Source of the DNA: an uncultured Thermotogae bacterium
GTDB lineage: Bacteria; Bipolaricaulota; Bipolaricaulia; UBA7950; UBA9294
Direction: 5' to 3'
Length of the DNA: 35,045 nucleotides
NCBI GenBank assembly: GCA_964416685.1
Contig: CAYQFN010000001.1
Span: 1 to 35,045 of the forward strand
Made by a program: the position numbers and the translations under genes. Below are positions 16,657-22,918 of this stretch, one piece after another; the stretch's first letter is position 1, and each line of letters starts with the position of its first letter. The notes under the pieces are model-generated. The model was not told the origin of the DNA and made no database searches. It saw only the letters and a list, made by a program, of their open reading frames with translations.

Positions 16657-18089
16657 ATCGGTTCGCCCTCCCAGTAGCCGGGAGTGAACGCTTCCTTCCC
16701 CATCGTTCGCAGCCGTGCGCTCACCGTTTCTGGATCTCCGCTCAGCGGCCGCTCGTCCAAATACAAGATCCGGTCGCACAGGGAGTTGACGAGCGGAATG
16801 TCGTGTGAAACAAGGAGGATCACCGCTCCCCTCTCTCGCGCAGCGAGGATCTTGGAGATTATCCAAGCGACGTTCGCCCGATCCTGTCCGATGAACGGCT
16901 CGTCGAGGAGGAGGAGATCGGGCTCGCGCACCAGCGTCGTCGCCAGTGTCAAGCGTCGCTGCTCTCCCAAGCTGAGCGAGAGGGGAGGAGCGTCCTCCAA
17001 GCCGGCCAGGTTCGCATCATCGAGAAAACGGTGAAGGTCATCGTCGTTGACCACTCCTTCGATCCCAAACTCCCCTCTCACACTGCGCTCGAAGATCTGC
17101 TGATGCGGGTGCTGGAACAGGTAACCGAGGACGCCCCTTGTGGGGCGAATTATCCGTCCACGACAAGGTTTTTCCAGACCTGCAATGAGGCGGAGGAGCG
17201 TCGTCTTCCCGCCCCCGTTTGGGCCGATGATCCCCAGTATCTCCCCCGGCTCCACGCTGAGCGAAAGGTCTTGGAAAAGAGGATCTTCACTGTAGCCGAA
17301 CATGAGGCCTTCAACCCGCAATGGCGCGGCCTCAGAGCACCTCACCGGTGCGGGAAGATCGAGGTTCTCGTGGGCGCGCAGCCCGAGAGCCAGCAGATCC
17401 TCGCGATGCCTGGTCACGCGCCTGGTGACGATCTTGCCCTCGTCCATCACCAGCACCCGCGGGGAGAGCGGAAGGAGAGGGGCGAGGCGATGCTCGACCA
17501 CCATCAGGGTGCGCCCCTCGCGATCACGCAGCTGGCGCAGGAGGTCGAACACCGCCTTTGCCCCTTCCGGGTCGAGGTTGGCGGTCGGTTCGTCGAGCAG
17601 GATCGTGCGCGGAGCCATCGCCAGGATCGAGGCAATTGCCAGGCGCTGTTTCTCCCCGCCAGAGAGGGTCATCGTCGTCCGCTCCGCCAAGTGCGCGATC
17701 CCTACGAAGTCCAGTGACTCCTCTACCCGGTTGACAACCTCGCTTCGCGAAAGGCAGAGGTTCTCCGGGCCGAAGGCGACCTCCTGCCATACGTTGAGCG
17801 TGCAGATCTGTGCATCCGGATCTTGCTGGATCAGTCCGAGACAGGTGGCGATGCGCGCGGGGTCGGATGTCCACACCGACTCTCCGTCGAGCCTGATACC
17901 GCCCGATACCGCGGCCGGGATCATCCCCGGGATGAATCCGGCCAGCGCTCTGCACAATGTAGACTTGCCGCACCCGGACGGCCCGGTGATAGCGATGACC
18001 TCGCCGCTTTCGATCGTCTCTGACAGGCGGTCGATCGCCGGGCGCACTCGATCCCGATATTGTATGGTAAGATTATCGATCTCGATCAT
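16653..18089 (-). CDS. Fused double ABC ATPase (EcfA1-EcfA2 in one chain, YkoD-like)
   Basis: 478 aa with two complete cassettes. Walker A GPSGCGKST and GPNGGGKTT, signatures LSGGEKQRLAIA and LSLGEQRRLTLA, Walker B ILLDEPTANLD and LLLDEPFIGQD. Confidence 0.88.
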   Translation of the reverse strand: MIEIDNLTIQYRDRVRPAIDRLSETIESGEVIAITGPSGCGKSTLCRALAGFIPGMIPAAVSGGIRLDGESVWTSDPARIATCLGLIQQDPDAQICTLNVWQEVAFGPENLCLSRSEVVNRVEESLDFVGIAHLAERTTMTLSGGEKQRLAIASILAMAPRTILLDEPTANLDPEGAKAVFDLLRQLRDREGRTLMVVEHRLAPLLPLSPRVLVMDEGKIVTRRVTRHREDLLALGLRAHENLDLPAPVRCSEAAPLRVEGLMFGYSEDPLFQDLSLSVEPGEILGIIGPNGGGKTTLLRLIAGLEKPCRGRIIRPTRGVLGYLFQHPHQQIFERSVRGEFGIEGVVNDDDLHRFLDDANLAGLEDAPPLSLSLGEQRRLTLATTLVREPDLLLLDEPFIGQDRANVAWIISKILAARERGAVILLVSHDIPLVNSLCDRILYLDERPLSGDPETVSARLRTMGKEAFTPGYWEGEPI

Positions 18090-18144
18090 CAGTCTTCCAG
18101 ATTCCGTTTCAGAAACCCTGTCGCAAGACCACAGGGAATCTTAA

Positions 18145-18224
18145 GTTGAATGATTGTGGGATAGGATGATTGAGAGATTGGGAAGTCAAATCACTCAATC
18201 TCTCAGTCGCTAAATCACTCAATC
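18145..18224. repeat. Copy B of the 8-bp phased ATTG/CAAT dyad repeat family
   Basis: GTTGAATG ATTGTGGG ATAGGATG ATTGAGAG ATTGGGAA | GTCAAATC ACTCAATC TCTCAGTC GCTAAATC ACTCAATC. That is five forward and five inverted 8-nt units inside the 143-nt gap between the S-fusion gene and the ATPase gene. Confidence 0.7.
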
Positions 18225-18232
18225 CCGTCCGT

Positions 18233-19276
18233 CTATCGCACGACAATCCGGCTCACCTTCCTCACCCAATATGCTCCATCGTATCTCCCAGCGATCAGGC
18301 GCAGGCGCCCGTTATCCAGGGCAATGATCATCTGCTTGTCGCTGATGGCTGCGGACAGGTCAAAGCTCACCTGATAGCCGTCATCGGCGATTACCAGCAC
18401 GGTCTGCGCCCCCTCCTGCGGCCTTCCCTTCTCCAGGATGAGCGAGAGCGGGATCCCGGTGTACGCCTGCGGGGGCGCGTAGGTGGAACTGCCGCGAAGC
18501 TCGGCGACGATGCTCAGCGCACGGTCCTCCCAATCCGAATAGCGGAAGGTGTAGGGCGATGATACAGCGCCTTCAATGCGTGCGCTGTCTGGGGAAGAGA
18601 AGGGGGCATAGACGGATGTGTAGTAGTAAACGCCTCCTGCGAGGAGAGCAAGGATCGTGGTGAGGGTGAGGAGGCGTCGCCACCAGGAAGATGGACGCGG
18701 GATTGGCCCGTCTTCTCTCCTTGGCACGAGGCGCGAGGCGATCAGGAAGCGGCGGATGTCCCACCCCAGGTAGCCGCCGAAGAAGGCGCCGGAGACGAAA
18801 GAGAGGCCGACCATCACCAGGATGAACGCCGGCGTCACCCCCGACAGGTAGATGGCCTGAAAGATGAACACGTTCGATGCCGAAGCGACGCCAGCGGTGA
18901 ACATCGTCAACGCCAGCGACTGACGGCGCGAGATCCCCATACCGAGGTCGATCAACAGCCCCTCTACCAGGGAGATGAGGACAATCACCACCCCGTGTGT
19001 CCCGCCAGAGAGGAGCTCGATCGCTCCCTTAGTCACCCCAGTCAGCGTCCCCGCCCCGAACCTCCCGATGAGCAGGCGGGCGAGGATTGGCCACAGGATG
19101 TGCAGCCCAGCGATCAACTGCCCCGCCCCGAATGGGACCCCGAACAGGCGATTGATCAGGTTTCCGATGTAGCCGACGTAGGTAGAGAGGACGCCGCCGA
19201 TCGACGCGAGGAGGGCCACCAAGACAATCTCACGCACATCCAGTAGTGGCCGCTTCTCTCTCGTCTCTGTGCTCAT
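18233..19276 (-). CDS. ECF S-component-like (YkoE/ThiW-like) membrane core fused to a C-terminal extracytoplasmic SUOX/YedY-fold domain
   Basis: 347 aa. Residues ~1-190 form a glycine-rich polytopic core (GAGQLIAGLHILWPILARLLIGRFGAGTLTGVTKGAIELLSGGTHGVVIVLISLVEGLLIDLG). An extra TM follows (LLTLTTILALLAGGVYYY), then YTGIPLSLILEKG...VLVIADDGYQVSF...MIIALDNGRLRLIAGRYDGAYWVRKVSRIVV. A GGGAG RBS sits between the upstream TAA and ATG 19276. Confidence 0.7.
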   Translation of the reverse strand: MSTETREKRPLLDVREIVLVALLASIGGVLSTYVGYIGNLINRLFGVPFGAGQLIAGLHILWPILARLLIGRFGAGTLTGVTKGAIELLSGGTHGVVIVLISLVEGLLIDLGMGISRRQSLALTMFTAGVASASNVFIFQAIYLSGVTPAFILVMVGLSFVSGAFFGGYLGWDIRRFLIASRLVPRREDGPIPRPSSWWRRLLTLTTILALLAGGVYYYTSVYAPFSSPDSARIEGAVSSPYTFRYSDWEDRALSIVAELRGSSTYAPPQAYTGIPLSLILEKGRPQEGAQTVLVIADDGYQVSFDLSAAISDKQMIIALDNGRLRLIAGRYDGAYWVRKVSRIVVR

Positions 19277-19286
19277 CCATACTCCC

Positions 19287-20771
19287 TTATGGGAGTTCGA
19301 CCTCGATCGAAGAGAGGAACTTCACGCTCTTGACGGTTGTCCCCCTCGGAAAGACGACGGAATCGTCGTATACGAAGCGCATGTACCCATCCTGCTCGGG
19401 ATCGAGGAAGGCGCCGTCCTTCTTGAAGGCAACGATGAATCTGTCATCGTGAGCAATCACCTGTGATGTGATGGATTGCTTGTACCCGTCCTTCGCAATC
19501 AGGGTGATCATGTAGCCGGATGCGGCTAAAGAATCGTTGAAATCAGCATCATCGTAGTGGATTCCCTGCTCCGACTCGGGAGCACGATCATCATCGACAT
19601 AGGCAATGAGCCGCCACAGCGGAAGCCCGGTGTAGGTGTGGGTCACTCCCTTACTGGTCACAGTCACGCTGGAGGCGTGGCAGGGGCAGCCGACACCGCC
19701 TTCCAACTCGCTGCGGGAGAAGGTCCGCGTGATCGCGCCGTTCATCTCAAGCGAGTAGTCGACGTAGGTACCGAGGACATCGATCCGCGACACCATCTTC
19801 GCAGAGACAGCTCCTTCAAAGCGAGGATTATTCTCGCCGACCAGCACGACGCGGAGCGGACCGGGATCGTAGGGCATATAGGACCCGTTCTCCTTGTACG
19901 CAAGGATCCATGTTCCCTGCGAGCGGTCGAGGAGCTTACCCGCCTTGTAGTTCATGGAATAACCATCCGCAGCTGTAACACGGATGGTCGTGTCGGCGGA
20001 TACGTTACCGATCAGCGTCGCCATGGGCACGCCGGTGTAGGACGCTGTGTAGTCCACCCCTACTGCATTTACGAACGTTCCCTTGGCTGTTACGACATCA
20101 AGTGTTTCCAGGTCAGCGATCGTGTAGTCCCTGCTCGTATCGCCAATGACCACGGTCAGGCTCCTTGCCGGGGTGACCACTGTGGTGTCCTCTACGGTCG
20201 TCTGCGTGGGGAGAGCCCCGCCGTCGTAGTTTACGATCAGGTAAGCGACGTCCTTCACCATGAGACCGGTGGATGATGCCCGGCCTGAATAGTAGTGGGA
20301 CAGGCTCTCGCCGAACGAGTTGAGCATGTCCTCGTTTGAGAAACGCTCATCCTGCGGGAGGAGCACGAAGATCGGTGAGCCGCTGAATCCGCCTTCACCG
20401 TCCTTGGAATCAGCGAGTATAGCCTCCCCGGCCAGGGTAGTGTCGTAGATGACGTCATAGGGCACCTGTTGGTAGTAGCCGTCCGTCGCTACCACAGCGA
20501 GCAGATCCCCCTCGCCCATCCCACCGACAGCGCTGAGCAGGTCACTGATCAGCACGCCGGAGTAGGTGTGCGCATCCTTCCAGTTCTCATTGTCCGTGTT
20601 GAAGACCGGGCCCTGGTAAGCGACGGTCCCGGTGACCTGCGAAGCGTTCGCGAAACCCACCTCCACGACCTGATTTCCCTTCTGTACGAAAACACTGATC
20701 CCTGTCCCGGCAAACACTGTTGTGCATAACCCTAGCACTAATACCAACAACGCAGTTGCAAGTTTTTTCAC
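19287..20771 (-). CDS. Secreted protein with three tandem SUOX/YedY-fold (molybdopterin-oxidoreductase-like) domains
   Basis: 494 aa from GTG 20771, which follows GGAGGGAG with a 6-nt spacer. Signal peptide VKKLATALLVLVLGLCTTVFA. Three repeats: YSGVLISDLL..AVVATDGYYQ, YTGVPMATLIG..VTAADGYSM..WILAYKENG..PLRVVLVG, and YTGLPLWRLIAY..TLIAKDGYKQ..FIVAFKKDG. Confidence 0.7.
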   Translation of the reverse strand: MKKLATALLVLVLGLCTTVFAGTGISVFVQKGNQVVEVGFANASQVTGTVAYQGPVFNTDNENWKDAHTYSGVLISDLLSAVGGMGEGDLLAVVATDGYYQQVPYDVIYDTTLAGEAILADSKDGEGGFSGSPIFVLLPQDERFSNEDMLNSFGESLSHYYSGRASSTGLMVKDVAYLIVNYDGGALPTQTTVEDTTVVTPARSLTVVIGDTSRDYTIADLETLDVVTAKGTFVNAVGVDYTASYTGVPMATLIGNVSADTTIRVTAADGYSMNYKAGKLLDRSQGTWILAYKENGSYMPYDPGPLRVVLVGENNPRFEGAVSAKMVSRIDVLGTYVDYSLEMNGAITRTFSRSELEGGVGCPCHASSVTVTSKGVTHTYTGLPLWRLIAYVDDDRAPESEQGIHYDDADFNDSLAASGYMITLIAKDGYKQSITSQVIAHDDRFIVAFKKDGAFLDPEQDGYMRFVYDDSVVFPRGTTVKSVKFLSSIEVELP

Positions 20772-21379
20772 TATCGTCTCCCTCCTGCATGATGATTGAG
20801 CAATTATCATAGGGCTTAAGGCTAATGGGATGAGGAATGCATCTGGAAGCCCTGATACTGCCAGCCTAATGATCATACTGCCCCTTTATGTGAGGCGCCT
20901 TGCGTAAGTGGGCATAAACAGGGAACTCTAGCAACAGATGATGCGCATTCGCTCCCCTTTTCAATTACGGAAGGCGCAACCGTTTCCAATTACACCCTAT
21001 CGCCCGCCTTCCCTAGACTGATCCGTAGGAAGCACGGGTCGGAGAACCGACAACGCAAGACTACCGCTGCCGAGGGTACATTTCAAGCAGTGGCGGCATC
21101 TTTGCAAAGGACAATAGCAAGTACTAGAATAGTGCTATTGCCGCTCGTACGCTGTGCAAGGGAGATTGGCGTGTGCGAAGATTTGAAATAGAAAGCGCTA
21201 TCGTACCTTGCCAGATATAGTTCAGGCATGCTGGCAACAGTGGACACGAACGGAGCGCATGCCGGGAGCAGTGGAGTACATGCGCCCAGACGAGATGGAA
21301 CCGCATTTGTTCGAGCGCTAGGCTCTACCGAGAAGAAAGTAGTTAAACGAGGTATACTTGCAGAAACGGAGGTGGCAGA

Positions 21380-21589
21380 ATGCCTAGTTTTCCCAGATTT
21401 CTGTTTCGCGTGAAGGATAGACACATAGAGGAAGAGGCGAAGAAGATGGTCGCCAGTTTCGGGATTAAGGATATCGAGATCCGGCGCGATGACACTATCA
21501 AGGACGCGTGGTTAGAGGACAACGAGGCACTTAAGACAACCTATGGACTAGAGGATATCCGCGAATACCTGGAGAACCTGGTCTCGTAA
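21380..21589 (+). CDS. Hypothetical small acidic protein (69 aa)
   Basis: ATG 21380 follows a strong GGAGGTGG (21368-21375). I recognise no family (…IKDIEIRRDDTIKDAWLEDNEALKTTYGLEDIREYLENLVS). An internal ATG at 21446 is an alternative start. Confidence 0.4.
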   Translation: MPSFPRFLFRVKDRHIEEEAKKMVASFGIKDIEIRRDDTIKDAWLEDNEALKTTYGLEDIREYLENLVS

Positions 21590-21692
21590 TTGAGTGATTG
21601 AATGATTGAGTGATTGAGTGGTTATATCATTCAATGATTGATGGTTGGCCTCTACAATCGCTCAATCTCCTGCTCACTCAATCACTCAATTC
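21589..21692. repeat. Copy C (longest) of the 8-bp phased ATTG/CAAT dyad repeat family
   Basis: Thirteen consecutive 8-nt units: ATTGAGTG ATTGAATG ATTGAGTG ATTGAGTG GTTATATC ATTCAATG ATTGATGG TTGGCCTC TACAATCG CTCAATCT CCTGCTCA CTCAATCA CTCAATTC. It fills the whole gap between the convergent stops at 21587-21589 and 21695-21697. Confidence 0.8.
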
Positions 21693-21694
21693 TT

Positions 21695-22918
21695 TCAGTT
21701 TAGTCGCGCCCGCAGTCGAGCAGAGATGTAGTCGATTCCCCATACGGTAATCACAATAAGGAGCATCATCATCCCTGCGCTGCGGTAGTCTGAGACCTTC
21801 ATGTACTGGTACAGACTCTGCCCGATACCCCCACCACCGACGATACCGATGATCGTCGCCATACGTACGTTGATGTCCCAGCGATAGAGAGTAAATGAAA
21901 GGTATGGATTGATAATTTGGGGAATGATCCCGTACATGATTACCTGTAGCCTATTTCCTCCCGCGGCTCGGATTGCTTCTACCGGGCCGGGATCGATCGA
22001 CTCCAACCGCTCGGAGTAGAGTTTGGTCAGATCGGCGATCGAGTGAACAAAGAGCGCCAACACGCCCGGGAAGGCCCCTACGCGCACCCACACCAGGAAG
22101 ATAATCGCCCAAATGATTGCGTCGATCGACCGGGTGATGCTGATCACCACCCGAACTACAGTATAGATCGTACGCCCAATGATCCCCTGAGCAAGATTGC
22201 GTGCTGCCAGGAAGCTCAGTGGAACAGCGACCACAATGGCGAAGATCGTTGCCATGAACGCCATGTAGATCGTGACTATGAGGAGACGCACCCCGCTTCC
22301 GAGAAGACTGAAGTCGGGGTTCAACAGCCGGACCCATATCCTGCGCGTCTTGCCCGCCCTTGTGAACAGGTAATACAGGTTCACGTCGGTCACTCCAATC
22401 GCAGCGAGGAGAGTCAATACGCCAATCAGGGCAAGCGCAATCTTCCAGCTTGTTCGATACCAAGGTAGCCGCTTCTCCTCCACCTTAGCCGCACTGACGG
22501 CGTACAGGTGAGTCACCCGGTCATGCCACGGTTCTTGTTGGGAAGAGAAGAAAAACGAGATGAGAGATAGCGGAGCAATGTGCCACAGGAGATAGCGCAT
22601 CAAGTGATCTACAATCCCGCCTCCCTTTCCACATGATGAGAGCCTAACTCCAAGAAAATGCATCCCAAGAGAGACGCCGAAGTTCTCCCACACGGCAGCG
22701 ATCTCCACTGCAACGATGAGCATGACCCACCAAGGAAGAGTAACGTAACTTCCCGTTCCAAGGGCAAACCTGTTCCAGCAGTAGGAGGCCATTGTCCATA
22801 AGTAGGATACGGCAATAAGGTCTGTAAGAAAGACCAGCGACCGACGGCGAATCACCTGGAAACGCTTGCCATAATCGGGACTATCGGTCATGAATCCGGC
22901 ATGGTAATGGTCCTGCAT
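21695..22918 (-). CDS. phnE: Phosphonate-type ABC transporter permease PhnE with an N-terminal RDD-like membrane domain
   Basis: 407 aa. The C-terminal ~260 aa is PhnE-like (PLSFLAARNL...RSIDAIIWAIIFLVWVRVGAFPGVLALFVHSIADLTKLYSERLESIDPGPVEAIRAAGG...YRWDINVRMATIIGIVGGGGIG). The N-terminal ~150 aa carries RRRSLVFLTDLI and SLGMHFLGVRLS, which resemble RDD-family motifs. Confidence 0.8.
   Translation of the reverse strand: MQDHYHAGFMTDSPDYGKRFQVIRRRSLVFLTDLIAVSYLWTMASYCWNRFALGTGSYVTLPWWVMLIVAVEIAAVWENFGVSLGMHFLGVRLSSCGKGGGIVDHLMRYLLWHIAPLSLISFFFSSQQEPWHDRVTHLYAVSAAKVEEKRLPWYRTSWKIALALIGVLTLLAAIGVTDVNLYYLFTRAGKTRRIWVRLLNPDFSLLGSGVRLLIVTIYMAFMATIFAIVVAVPLSFLAARNLAQGIIGRTIYTVVRVVISITRSIDAIIWAIIFLVWVRVGAFPGVLALFVHSIADLTKLYSERLESIDPGPVEAIRAAGGNRLQVIMYGIIPQIINPYLSFTLYRWDINVRMATIIGIVGGGGIGQSLYQYMKVSDYRSAGMMMLLIVITVWGIDYISARLRARLN

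Noticed and set aside
15889-16866. Full 325-aa ORF for the T component, with a 70-aa N-terminal extension overlapping the ATPase gene.
   Set aside because: The extension (…CAREGSGDPPCFTRHSARQLPVRPD…) is low-complexity and lies inside the ATPase coding sequence. ATG 16656 gives the canonical ATGA coupling and a normal EcfT length.
20847-20866. AAGCCCTGATACTGCCAGCC on the plus strand resembles a cobalamin-riboswitch B12 box. GCCACTG and GGGAAGGC motifs lie on the minus strand nearby.
   Set aside because: The motifs are on opposite strands and in the wrong order, and the GGTG..AA.TCC...CCCGC core is absent. The B12-box alignment needs gaps. Most likely chance.
20772-21060. A TPP (THI-box) riboswitch might be expected, by analogy with B. 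subtilis ykoFEDC.
   Set aside because: No CUGAGA or CCUGAUCUGGAUAAUGCCAGCG-like core appears on the minus strand. Only a loose TGATCATTAGGCTGGCAG resemblance is present.
21083-21424. 113-aa minus-strand ORF in the structured region upstream of the ECF operon.
   Set aside because: It is Ser/Ala/Thr-rich low complexity and overlaps the start of the better-supported small plus-strand ORF. The region looks RNA-structured rather than coding.
21589-21692. A CRISPR array was considered as an explanation for the periodic repeats; the same applies to 32442-32749.
   Set aside because: The units are only 8-9 nt and directly abut with no spacers. The arrays are dyad-symmetric, and no cas genes are present.
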